Shown one piece after another: positions 26,110-38,608 of a stretch of 64,000 nt of DNA; position 1 is the stretch's first letter; the number at the start of each line of letters is the position of its first letter. The position numbers and the translations under genes were made by a program. Origin of the DNA: Malacoraja senta (Eukaryota); NCBI GenBank assembly GCA_038087875.1, contig CM075991.1, positions 4,650,001 through 4,714,000 of the forward strand, in the 5' to 3' direction. The notes beneath the pieces were generated by a model. The model made no database searches, was not told where the DNA came from, and worked only from the letters and a program-made list of their open reading frames with translations.

Positions 26110-27300
26110 GAAGGTTGAGGCATGATTTCAATCTTGGCCCTTCAGCCTGCTTCTTAAAACCTGCGTGGACTCACTGGCTGGAGTTTTCGTGAACATTCGC
26201 CACCTCTAACTACTACGATACAAGGTCCACACCTGCTTTAGAAGGACATCCATAATACCAGTGCTCATGAAAAGCAAGGTAACGTGGCTCAACGACTACT
26301 GACTGGTGGCACTTGTGTCCATTGTGATTAAGTGTTTTGAGAGGTTGGTTATGACGTATATCAACTCCTGCTGCAGGCAGGATCTGGATCCATTTCAATT
26401 TGCTTGCCAGCACAATGGGTCTATAGTGGATACAATCATGTAGCTCTCCACAGCCATGGGTCACTTGGACAACAGGAAAATGTACGTCAGCCCATTGTTT
26501 ATCAAATTCAACTTGACATTCAACACCATCATCCCTTAAAAACGTGTTGTCAACTCAGGAGCTGAATCTTTGCTCGTCCCCATGCTACTGGAGCTTTGAC
26601 TTCTTCATCGGCAATCTCAGTTGGTATGGTAGTGCAAACAACATTTTCTCTTTGCCGACTATTAGCACAGAGGCACCTCCAGGGGATCTCTTTACCATGA
26701 CTGTGTAGCCAAACTCGATTCCAATGCCATTTTAAACTCGTTGATTGTACCACGATGGTTGGATGAATAAAGAGTAACTATGAGTTGGAGCATAGGAGGG
26801 AAATCAATTATTTTCTCAAGTGGTGCCAGAACAACAAACAAGCTTGCTTGCAACGTTCATTTTTAAAAAAATAGTTGATTATTGATGTCAGCATGGGTAA
26901 GCCAAGGGTTCATGCACCTGTCTTCAATGGTGAGACGGCGATGGAGAGAGTTGACAGCTTCGCATTCCTGACCGTGCACATCTCTAATGGTCTATCCTCA
27001 ACTCAGCAAGCTAATGCAATTGCCAAGAAAGCTCGCCAACACCTACTATTTCAGAAATTTGAGGAGATTTGGCATGTCACTGAATCATCTATGCTATGGA
27101 CATTTTAAAAGGTTGCACTACATACTATGGCTTGCACTATCATGACCAGGTTTAACTAGTATATCTGATCGTTTATGGTATAATTATTTGTTGTGTTAAT
27201 GCGTTTAATGTATGGTAATATATGGTAAAGCTGCAGCAAGTAAGAATTTCATTTTTATGGACCTGTTGCTTATGATAATTAAACATTCGTGTCTTGATTA
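26110..27300 (+). mobile_element. Highly decayed Rex1-like LINE RT region
   Basis: Remnants of LNDY..VAL..IVIKCFERLV, DLDPFQFA, FNTIIP, WCQNN and AKKARQHL, with many frameshifts. 3' UTR motif GCTGCAGCAAGTAAGAATTTCAT. Confidence 0.7.
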
Positions 27301-27992
27301 TTGGAGAAGTGGACTAAATCTGAGGTTGCAAGTAGTCGGAGATCTTGGAGCTATGATGGATAATGGAAATTAGCCTAGGGAGTTTGTAAGACACTTCACC
27401 CTGAAATGGATGAAGAAATAAGATTCTCATGAGGGAGAAGTTGGGACCGAGGAGGAAGTTTCAAATTTCATCTAGAGTAGTACATGGGTCTCTCTGTATA
27501 TGATTGCTCTTCCTGTTTAGACTGAAAAAAGATTACAGATACTGAATACTGAAGAGATCTTGGAAAATGTAGGGTTCAGCCTCCATGAGTGGACTTCACA
27601 TGTTGAACAACTGAATGGTAATAGGGCTGATTATTCTCATCTGGGTTGTCACTGTGATAAAACACTGCCTGTTAGATTTCCCTCCTGGCTTATTATTTTA
27701 TTTACAGTTACCAATAGTTACAGAAAATTAGACATATGGAAGATTTAAACTATATTACCAGAAGATTAACAGTAATTGGCTAAAACCAGAATTCTGATTT
27801 CAACAGATTAGTTTTGAATTGCCATTTGTTCATTTCCATGCACAGCAGGAAAGATTACAGGTAAAGTAATATAACAGTAGATGGCACTAGCACAACTGAA
27901 TTTAATTCGGTTTATCAACACGTATCAATATGATTTCATTGCAATTTGTTCCATCCTGTCTATTAGTTGTCCTCAGTACACTGGGATTATCC

Positions 27993-28686
27993 ACCGGGTG
28001 GCGCCAGCAATGACTGCCTCGCCAACAATCTGTCTGTCCCTTCCTTCTTTGTGTTTAAATAGTATGTGTTAAATATATGTTTTTAGTGTTCTTTAGCTTT
28101 TTATGTTGGATGGGGGGAGAGAGGGGGGAAAATGTTTCTAATCGCTTACCTCGACGGAGATGCAATTAAACAATTTTTTTTTTTAAATTTGCGTATCGTA
28201 TCTCCGTCCGCACTGCGGCCTAACATCGAGGAGTTGTCAGCCTTTGCTGGAGATCGACCGGGAGCTCCATCGCCGGGAACCTGCGGACTTACCATCACAG
28301 AGCCTGCGATCCCTTTGCCAGAGATCGACCTCGGAGCTCCAATCGTGGATGCCTGCGAACATCGCGGAGCCCGCGGTCTCTGGTTAGAGACCGTTTTGGG
28401 GAAACTCCAAGCCGCAGGAGCTTCGATCGCCCCGACGGCGGGAGCTTCGATCGCCCGACTGCGGATGGTTCGACTGCCCCGACCGTGGGAGAATAAAGAG
28501 GAAGAAGATTGGACTTTTTTACCTTCCATCACAGTGAAGAATGTGGGGGATCTGCTGTGGTGGATGTTAACTTTTATGTAGTTGTGTGTCTTTTTGCTTT
28601 TTTTTTCATATGGCTGTATGGTAATTCATATATCATTGTACCTTAATTGATACACGTGACAATAAAAGACCTTTGAAATCTTTGAA
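27993..28686 (+). mobile_element. GC-rich non-autonomous retroelement (SINE-like or LINE-derived)
   Basis: T-rich then G-rich 5' part, CpG-rich body, 3' stem-loop, GTGACAATAAA and (CTTTGAAAT) tail. Related copies at 32548, 34666, 42280, 45075 and 16629. Confidence 0.65.
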
Positions 28687-30900
28687 TAAATGTTGTGCAG
28701 TAATCAATTTAAGATTGTTACATTCTTGTGGCAGGTAGTAATCTCCATTGAATATAATTATGGATAGTAGAACATGGAGCACCTTGCAAGCTGCAAATAA
28801 TAACAAATAGAGGCCTGAGAACTGGATTTTCATGCACAAACTGTGCATGCAAGTAATTGTGCAAGGTTTGAATCATACTGGCTATTTACTACCTGTAATT
28901 CGTCTGAACATATCAGTGTTTTGTGTGCCATTTATGCACTAGATATTATAATTCATTTACTGTTCTTTCCTTTAATTATTTACATCAATTGGAGCTTTTG
29001 GATGCAAACTACAAAATTTGTTGGGTGCCACAAAAACTCCATATTGTGCGGATGTCAGTTAAATAATCCGCACCATGATATTGGTATTGTGCATACAGGA
29101 TCTGCCAACATCATTTTTGTTTATTGCTCATGGCAGTAGAAGTTGTGTTACTGGCTGTTCCTTTGCTACTTGTAGACTTCAGTAGAAATTCATGAGAGAT
29201 GCATGCTGTGTCTCTGAGCATGCTGCATCACACGATGCCATGGGACCACCTAGAGCACATGACTTGGGGGAGATCATAGAGAGAGGCGGTGTCCACGTGT
29301 ACTGTACTAGAGCTGTTGCGTTCCTCCTCCCTAGAGTTGTTCATCACTGATTTGGTTGTCTTTTATGCAGCTTTTTTATGCATGCCTGGGGTATTGTACT
29401 TTCTGACGCTCTTCCCACTGATAAACATAGTAGTTATGCTGTATTGCATGGTTTTCTAGCAGCCCCTGATGGAAATTGTGCAGGTAATGTTTTGGGCAAT
29501 AATACAGTGCGGGACTATTAAAGCATTGTTTTTCGTGCATGTTTCCCTCATCTCACATAATTTTCCAGACTAGGTGCTAACACTATATGTAGCACAAGCT
29601 TGTATCATCAAACGCGAATCGACACCAATTTTTAGGTAGGCATGTCAAACTACATTGGGGCAGTATGTAATTACAATTAAAGACTAAATAGTAGCCCTTA
29701 AAATTTTGTTAAAGATTTGGATTTAATTTAATTTATTCATTGATTGACTGAAATTTTATGGTATTTAAATATAGCAATTAGATTAATGTGTTCAAATCAT
29801 TTTTTTTAAATCCATTATTTTTGAAACAACAAACACATTTTAGAGTGAAACTCCAAATATTGTTGTGGTCACCAGTAGTCAAGGATTTCATAAATGACAT
29901 GATTTATTTCAACAGCTAATCCAAGAATCTTATTTATTTAAGATGCCTTGCATAACAGATGTATAGCTCAGTTTTTATGATTTAATTCAATTGTTGATGA
30001 AATGTTGGTTGTATTTACTGATATCATCTTATTTCAAGTGTATCTAAGAAAATTCAAGTGTTCTGACAAAATATACAAACTTCATGGGGTAAGTTCTTAA
30101 ATTGGAATTAAATGTGGAAATATATAATTCTAGATTAATTAAGAAGCACCAGAAGATGTGCTTATGATAATGCAGTTCATGTTATGTGTTTTTGTGACAT
30201 GCATTTGCTATTTGTCCAGCATTTTTTTGTGTGATTTGTCTTGATTAATGAAATAAATGGTAACAATGATATTATTTGTAACTTAAAAAAAAATATTGAT
30301 AACATTTTGATGGTCAACAAAAAAAAACATGTCTACCCTCTGTCCTTTGAGTCAACTACCAAAGGATATTGGATAATGAATTTACCAACAGTGACAGCTT
30401 AGTCATGCCATACTTTTAAATCTTACTAGACTAAGTGGGACCCGTTGGGTCCCAGCTTCACATGGGGGGGTTGGTCCCCCAACGCAATATTTCACCTCTC
30501 CACCAATTCCAATATTGCTGGCCAGTGGGGCGGCTTTCTGGAACGCTAGCATGGGTGTTGTGAGCTGAAGGGACTGGTTTCCAGAGGGCTAATATGGACA
30601 TTGTGGGCCGCATGGATTTTTGGGCAAGCTCAGTCGCGGAGGCCCGGCGGGCTGGCAGCTGAGAAACTGCCAGGAAATTCTTCCGAAAACAGGTGACAGA
30701 CTCTGAGAAAGAAGGGGGGGGGGGAGTGTGGACAATCAATTTTAGACAGTTTCATCTTTTTTTACAGATCACAGCAATGAAGGAGGAAAGTCTATCCTTG
30801 CGTGGATCTCTGGAGCGCTAGTATGGGTGTTGTACGCTGAAGGGATTGGTTTCCAGAGGGCTAGTATGTACATTGTGGACTGAATGGATTCTTGGACTTG

Positions 30901-31050
30901 CAGTTCAGTGAGTCATGGCTGGTGGGCTGGCAGTTCACTAAGTCATGGCTGGTGGGCTGGCACTTCAGTCACTTACAGCTGGTGGGCTGGCAGTTCACTT
31001 ACTGATGGCTGGTGGGCTGGCAGTGCAGCCACTCACGGCTGGTGTGGTGG
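30901..31050. repeat. 30-bp minisatellite inside Helitron
   Basis: About 5 copies of CAGTTCACTAAGTCATGGCTGGTGGGCTGG-like units. Confidence 0.85.
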
Positions 31051-31483
31051 CAGATTACTCAGTGAACCCTCCTCCCTTCACCCCCCCCACTCTGCTCCTT
31101 GCCATTACCCTCCCCCCCCCACGCATTCAGTCCATCTCCCCTCAACCTCCCCCCCCCATGCACTCTTAGTGGCTCTCTGACAGCACAGCCATTCCTGCCT
31201 ATTAGGTTCCCATTGTGATGAAGAACATGCAGGCATTGCAAGTGGAAAAAGGATTTATTAAAGTTTAAAATGTGAATGACTCTTAAAATATAACAACAAT
31301 TTAAATGTTAAAGATGAGATTTATTAAGTTCTTTCTTGTTGTGTCTCTTCAGTTCTGCTGCTCACTGCCTCTTGATGTCTCTTTGCTGTTGATTAAAAAA
31401 AAATTAAAAATTTAATATAGTGAGATTGAGCAGTCAAATTTTAACAAAGAAAAAAATTGAGAATTTACCTCAAGTCATTATTC

Positions 31484-31840
31484 AGTGCAGGCCTGCAAAT
31501 CCAATCTCACAGCACTTGAAGCGGAGTACAGGCCGCAAATCCAATCTCACAGCACTCCAAGCAGAGAGCAGGCAGCAAGTCCAACCTCACAGCAAGCAGA
31601 GTGCAGGCAGCAAATCCAACCTCACAGCACTCCAAGCAGGGTGCAGGCAGCAAGTCCAACCTCACAGCACTCCAAGCAGAGTGCAGGCAGCAAGTCCAAC
31701 CTCACAGCAAGCAGAGTGCAGGCAGCAAGTCCAACCTCACAGCACTCCAAGCAGGGTGCAGGCAGCCAGTCCAACCTCACAGCACTCCAAGCAGAGTGCA
31801 GGACAGCAAATCCAATTACACAGCATTTCAAGCAGAGTGC
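31484..31840. repeat. 40/35-bp minisatellite inside Helitron
   Basis: GCAGAGTGCAGGCAGCAAGTCCAACCTCACAGCA(CTCCA)A units starting at 31561, 31596, 31636, 31676, 31711, 31751 and 31791. Confidence 0.9.
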
Positions 31841-32246
31841 ACACGCATGCACTCACACACACATGCACTCACACACTCATTCAGGAACAGCTTCTTCCTG
31901 ACAGCCATCAGGCTATTAAACATAGCAAATAAGCTCTGAAATTCCAAAGACTATTATTTGTACTATTTGTTATTTATTACACACACACACGCACACACAC
32001 GCACACGCACACAGCACCATGACACGGCACGCGCACACACCATGACACACACCGTATATATGGCAGTAAACTTTTTTGAATACTCAAACGGCTCAGCGCG
32101 GCTTCTCCAATGTGGGCCTTCCGCAATCAGCAACACTTCCGCATTCAGAACAACTTCTGCACTCACCGGAAATTACGTGTTGTTCAGCGTGACCTGTCCA
32201 CTATGTCACGGAATGAGCGGGACTTTTGCAGTGAACACAGTCTGAT

Positions 32247-32545
32247 CTTTCAAACCACATTTTCATTTTCAAACTTCATTTTCAAACCACATTTTCATTT
32301 TCAAACTTCATTTTCCAACCAACCACATGTTCCAACCAACCACCTTCTCATTTTCAAACCGCATTTTTAAACCACCTTTTCATTTTCAAACCTCATTTTT
32401 AAACCACCTTTTCATTTTCAAACCACCTTTTCATTTCCAAACCACCTTTTCATTTCCAAACCACCTTTTCATTTCCAAACCACCTTTTCATTTCCAAACC
32501 ACCTTTTCATTTCCAAACCTCATTTTCAAACCACCTTTTCATTTC
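32247..32545. repeat. 19-bp minisatellite inside Helitron
   Basis: Tandem AAACCACCTTTTCATTTCC-like units. Confidence 0.9.
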
Positions 32546-32547
32546 CT

Positions 32548-33220
32548 GGACATCCGGTGGCGCTGTAAGCTGGCTGCCTCCGCCTTCAGTCTGGTATCTT
32601 TTTTATTTATTTTTTATGTTTAAAGTATGTTTTTATTTTTTATTTTTTATGTGGGGGGGAAGAGGGAATGGTAAGGGGGAAACCGTCCTTCAATCAATTA
32701 TTCGAGTCGCGTCCTCGCCCCCCCCCCCCCACGGCGTACCTACTGGATTGGCACGGCCTTTCCTGCCGGGACCGACCAGAGCTCCGGCAGCGCAGCGCTG
32801 GATACATCGCGGAGCGGGCGATGCCTCACCTGGGATCGCCGTTTGGAGTGTTGGGCCTGCTGCATCGACATCGCGCAGCTATGGTTCGCGGAGCTCCCAA
32901 CGCTGGCGGCGCTGACCAACATCGCAGAGTCCTGCGACCCTTTGTCGGGGGTCGCCAGCGTGAATCTCCGCCCAGCTCGGCCTGTGGACTTCGGGAGCTG
33001 CGGATTCCGGTGGGAGGTGGCCGATTTAGAGATCTGGGCCGCTGAGGATGTTCTCCCGTTCGACGTCAGGGTTCCATCATTCCCGGCGAGGGCCTGAACA
33101 TCGGGCCACCCGTAGCGCCGACTACGGGGTGCTCTGGAGCCCCCGGCCATGGGTGAACATCTGCGAAGATCAGCGAGGAGGTGGACTGGACTTTGGTTCT
33201 TTCCCTCACAGTGGGGAACC
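32548..33220 (+). mobile_element. GC-rich non-autonomous retroelement, 3'-truncated, inside Helitron
   Basis: Homologous to 45075-45905 and 16629-17003. Stops after the 5' arm of the 3' stem-loop. Confidence 0.65.
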
Positions 33221-33469
33221 TTCCGGGATTTATAATCCCTCCCCCCTCCCACCGGAAAAGGTGTGGCCTTCATGGCGTGATTGACAGGAGGGAGATTCTC
33301 AACATTTTTTAAACACTAATAACACTTTTATTTTTCATTGATGGGAAGAATCCTCTGCACCTGATGAGCGGAGGGCGACTGAGTAAGATGGCCAAAAATC
33401 ACAGCCGTAAGTGGTAGCATTTTATCTAAAATCAATATACAGTGCAAACAGGAAGTTGTCAAGTTTAGA

Positions 33470-33800
33470 CCACCAACCATTTGCAGTGCTATTACTTCAA
33501 CCCAAAACACCACCCAACCATTTGCAGTGCTTTTGCTTCAACCCAAAACACCACCCAACCATTTGCAGTGCTTTTGCTTCAACCCAAAACCCCACCCAAC
33601 CATTTGCAGTGCTTTTGCTTCAGCCCAAAACCCCACCCAACCATTTGCAGTGCTTTCGCTTCAACCCAAAACCCCACCCAACGATTTGCATCGCTTTCGC
33701 TTCAACCCAAATCCCACCCAACTATTTGCAGTGCTTTCGCTTCAACCCAAAACCCCACCCAACGATTAGCAGTGCTTTTACTTCAAACCAACCACATTTT
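33470..33800. repeat. 41-bp minisatellite inside Helitron
   Basis: About 8 copies of TTGCAGTGCTTTTGCTTCAACCCAAAACCCCACCCAACCAT. Confidence 0.9.
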
Positions 33801-34665
33801 CATTTTCAAACCCATTAAGGGCATTCAAGGTCAGTAAAACCACACTCACAGTTTAGTAGACGCGTGTTCAGTGTTATTCACAGCTCAACTGAGGGACGTG
33901 ACCCTCTGACTTCCCCCCATCTTGCAGAGACTGACTGAGGCACAACACTTCCAGGTTTTATAGTCCTTCTCCCCTCCCACCAGCGGGGGCAGCAGAGAGA
34001 ATGTCAACATTTTTAAAACATTAATATCTCTTTTATATTTCACCGATGGGGAAAAACCCTCTTACCCTGCGCAGCGGAGGGGGACTCTGAGTAAGCTGGC
34101 CAAAAATCACAGCCGTAAGTGGCAGCGTTTATTCTAAAATCATGAAACAGAAAAACAGGAAGTGGTCAAGATCTTACTTTTGGTAATATAGATAGTTGAA
34201 GACAATATTTAAAATTTCATAAAAATTCATGACAGCATGTGGAATTTAATAGAATCTTTCTATTATTAAGATTTTAGGCAAGCTATTTGAAATAGATCAC
34301 ATCATATTGTTTGTTGGCCTGCTCATAATGAATTCCAGCAATATTTGTAAATTATGTCGCAAAGAACTGTGTTAACTGAAGGGAATGCTAGAACTGCATT
34401 TTTTGGTTGTCAAAGTTAAGTTAATTTGAACACTTTTCAAGACAGATTTTACATGTTAGATTGTGGTATCCAGATTACACCTGGAGGAACTGATGGAGGT
34501 GCTGAATATGTTTGCTTGAGATAGTTCTGGGAGAGAGAAAGCTGCAAAATGCAGAGTCATTCAACACAAAGTAGCTTTTCAGCCATAGGATCATTTTCAA
34601 GTTACTTGTAAGCTGTTAGGAATGTAAATACATGAATGAATACGTGACAAAAATCAATTTGCCAA

Positions 34666-35384
34666 GACCGGAAAAGGCGGCGCTGCCCAAGCCGCTGCGG
34701 CTCGCCTGCAGTCCGTCTGTCTTTTTGTTTTCTTTTTATCTTGTTGGATTTTTGTTTTAGTCTATGTTTAGTTGTGTATATGTGGGGGGGTGGGGGAAAC
34801 TTTAAAAAATTTCTTCCTTCAACGGCGATGCGACCTTTTCCGTGTATCTCTGTCTGCGTTGTGACCTAGCACCGTGGAGCTGGCGGCCTCCAACTGGAAT
34901 CGACCTTGAGGGCTGCTGTGGCAGAGCCTGTGGACTCACCATCGGCTGTCTGACTTCGGAGGCTGTGGTGGCGCTATGGCTGCGACCCGGCTTCGGAGGC
35001 TTCACCCACAAGCCCTGTGGACGGTAACATCGGGAAACATCGGGAGCTCGCAGGTCGCTGGTTGGTGACCGATTTTCAGGAGCTCCCGCAACAGCAGCTT
35101 CGCCCGCCCTGAATCGCGGAGTTTGATTCGGCCCGTTTGCGCTCAAAATCGGCCGCGGGATCTACCACGGGGGCTTCAACATCGAGCGCCCCGATGCATC
35201 GGGAGAAGAAGGAAGGAAGAGATAAGACTTTTTGCCTTCCATCACAGTGAGGAGGTGCTCAGAGATTCGCTGTGATGGATGTTTGTGTTCATTGTGTGTT
35301 TTGTCACTTTTTACTGTCATGACTGCATGGTACAAAATTTTGTTCAAACTTGTTTGAATGGCAATAAAGGAAATTCAATTCAAA
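34666..35384 (+). mobile_element. GC-rich non-autonomous retroelement (third subfamily)
   Basis: Same layout as 27993-28686. Stem-loop at 35239-35278, AATAAA and (AATTC)n tail. Confidence 0.65.
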
Positions 35385-37631
35385 TTGGTTCACATGATTA
35401 AAAATGTACATACTGTGGAATTAAATATAATGACTATTTCCCTAACATTTTGTTTTATCTGAAAATATTCTCTTGCATGTGTTGTGCTGGAAGAGTTGAG
35501 GTGATTCCCGTATCTAACCCATGTCAAGGTGTGTTACTTTGGAACATTGTGAAAAGTTAGACTTTGTGCTATAAGTAAGTCAAACTGTTGTCCAACATAG
35601 TAAAACTATGTTGTTCCAGGAGTGCCTGGCGGGCCTGCCATCTGCCTACTGACAGTTCTACCTTTTGACCCTCCAAGTGGTATAGGAACAGCTATGTTGC
35701 TTCCTAAATGGCCAGGTTCACCCACTCCATCACTATGTCACCATTTAAACATCTCTGGATATGATTAATCGGTTTTTAATGGTCTTTTGTTAGAATAGTC
35801 AAACTTTTGTGCAGCTCTTCAGTGTGCATGTAGTTTCAAATTACATTAATATGTTTCCAATTATCTGTTTTATAGCACTGTAAATCCAATTCTCACACCG
35901 TCATTAATTTTGGTAAACATAGTACAGGAGCTAAAATCATGGAAGGATAGAAAGGTTAATTAAATCTAAAAGGGAAGGCTTGTGTTTCCATGGAACAATT
36001 CATGTCCTCAGGGCACCACGGCTATTGAAATACTTTCCAAAGTGTAACCACTGTTATAAAGTAAGGAACCGTGAGGCAGATTGTGGCCAATCTGCCCTAC
36101 CACCATTCTTAACATTTTGTGACATGTGGTTCCAACCAAGCTAAAGGCCTGACTGGACAGCCATACTGCAAAACCCCTCTTTAAAAAAAAAAGAAAAAAG
36201 TTCACCCTGTGGCCACCCACTCACTGCCCTGGAAAGTCCCTGCACCCACTGTCAGTTCAGGCTGCCAAAGGCATTTTCTTATTTTAATAAACCTAGAAAT
36301 TGAGTGGAATAGTTAAAATAATCAATATCTAAATGGCTATTAATTAAAAATGTAAGGATAGAGTAAAATATAGAAAAATCTAACACTCATGTTTATAATC
36401 AGTCATTGATTCCATTTACATGAATAAGGTTGTGCTCCTTACCCCAGCCACCTTTGGCGTAAAGCTGAGGAATACATGCAAAGGGCAGTTGGCCCCTCAG
36501 CTCAGTATATGATCGCATTTCCTTGAGGTGGGACAAGTGGTGGAGCAGGGGGTCAGGTGTGCCAGTGGGGCTTGCATCACACAGGTGATTAAGTCGGGGA
36601 TGAATTGACTCACAAAGGCATTATTGGCAGATCTGCATGCCACAGATAGACCGAGGTAAGTACATGTCAGTCTATTAATGATTTAATTGTTTTGTATACT
36701 CTTGTAATGATTGTGTTTAATAACCCATCAAAACTCTCATTCTTTGATTTGGAGTCATTTTCTGTTTGATTACAGGCCATAGTAGATTTCATATGATGCC
36801 ACCAAGCAATTAAAAATAAGTTATGATTAAGAAGGAAGACATTATCATATTATGATCATATAATTATTCTGGGTTTTTTTTGCCATTTGCATGCACATTG
36901 TGGCCAAGCGAAGAAGCCTGTATGAAAAGTTAAGAAGCTGTTATTTGATGGAGAATTAAATGAATTTAGCCACCAGATATGTTTCTTTCTTGTGGGCTTG
37001 TGGTTACCTAATTAAGGCAATATGCTCCTCAGTGGTTGTACAGGAGGTTAATCTTTGTGCAAGTCAGAATAATTGATGTAGACAGAGTGTTTGATTGTTC
37101 TGTTGAGCAGGTGTGATGCAGAAAGCCCAGTGCCTGTAACTTTGCACTTTCCAACAAGATTTGCAAGACAGTGCTTGTTTTTTAAGTCAGCGTCACAAAA
37201 CCTAATAGTAAGATTAAACGAGAACTTACCTAAGTTTGAAGTTTGATCTTTATTTTATGAGGAGTTACGTTGGTGATTATGTGAAGAACCCCGCCAGTGC
37301 GCCTGCGCGTCAATCTTCAAAGCAGCGGTGTAAAATCACAAAAAACAACAAGCGAAGTAATATAGTATAATAAAACGAGTAATACAAGAACTTCCATCTG
37401 ACCTTTATGATAGAGGGTTGGGTCGTGGTGGGCACGTAATCACCAACGTAACTCCTCATAAAATAAAGATCAAACTTCAAACTTAGGTAAGTTCTCGTTT
37501 AATCTTACTATTTTACTTCGGAGGAACGAGAATAATCAATCATGCAGTCATAATAACATTTGTACCACAAATGCAGTAATTCATTTATTTTAATAATGAA
37601 ATTAATCAGATCCCCTTTAAACCAGAGGAAT

Positions 37632-38608
37632 TTACACAGAACTTAAAATAGTTTCTGCAAACAATCCCGCATTAACAATAGGCCGATGGTAAAATTGTTG
37701 AAACATCAACTCATTGGACCACCCGGCGGCTGCGAGGATATGGTCGACGGGGACGTCTTTCGCCCTGGCCGCCGACGTTGCTGCTGCCCTAGTCGAGTGA
37801 GACGTAAAAACATCAATGTTAATACCAGCAGCTGTTAAGACTTCTTTTATCCAACTGGAAATAGTCTGTACTGAAACTGTCTTGTGTGGTTTCTTGTGTG
37901 TGATCAACAACCCAGTTTCCGTATCTCTCAAATTCTTTGTGACCTCAATGTATTGTAACAAATATGTCTTAATACAGAGACAAGGATCCTTTGGATATGC
38001 TGCTAGCACAATTTTAAATCCTGTCACACCTGGCCTACGTTGCTTTAGTAGGTCATAGATATAGAATGTAACCTTGTCTTCAGTTACTTCCATCCTGTCT
38101 ATTTGTAATTTTCCAAGTGTTTGCACTCGTTGGCTGTCACTAATGCCATAAGCATGACTACTTTCATACTGAGCTTGGGCAAAGGTAAAGACACACTTGG
38201 TGACCATTCACGAAGTAGTTTCAGCACCACACTTACATCCCAGATTGTCATGTACCTAGGTTTCGGAGGTTTGGAATTAAAGATTCCTTTCATCAGTCTG
38301 GAAACAAGTGGGTGCGACCCAATTGGATTTCTTTCTGAATCCAGAACCAAATATGAGGACAATGCACTTCTGGCTGAATTAATTGCACTATAACTCAAAC
38401 CATCATAATAAAGTTTTGACAGAAATTCTAAAACATTTGAAATATCTGCAGTACTATATTCCACGTTATTTTGTACACAGAACTCTTCCCATTTCTTAAT
38501 ATAAGAAAGGTACTGTTTTTGAGTGCTCTTCCTCCAGGCTGCCGTAAGCATGTCCACAGTATGCTCAGACAGTCCTCGCCCCAGAAAAGGCCTTCTTAAA
38601 ACCTGCAA
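37632..38608 (-). pseudogene. DIRS tyrosine recombinase (frameshifted near 38125)
   Basis: N-terminal part WRKSTQKQY..LSYSAINSARSALS..HPLVSRLMKG..WDVSVVL. C-terminal part QRVQTL..HSTRAAATS..AAGWSN..FQQFY. Confidence 0.9.

Larger units (their letters stand above)
30426..34192 (-). mobile_element. Non-autonomous Helitron, both termini intact
   Basis: On the - strand it starts A|TCTATATTACC (34192) and ends GGGACCC-AAC-GGGTCCC-ACTTAGT-CTAG|T (30426). That gives 5' TC, a subterminal hairpin, 3' CTAG, an A|T target and no TSD. Confidence 0.88.

Noticed and set aside
28132..28581. GC-rich ORFs and CpG-island-like patches at 28.1, 32.7, 34.8, 42.4 and 45.3 kb
   Set aside because: All fall within copies of the same GC-rich repeat family, and the reading frames are not conserved between copies.
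33361..33400. CTGATGAG as a hammerhead core
   Set aside because: No stem II followed by GAAA, and the paralogous block near 34067 does not keep the motif.
31420..33837. Repetitive ORFs and CRISPR-like regular repeats
   Set aside because: These are pure tandem minisatellites without unique spacers, with no cas genes, in a vertebrate context.
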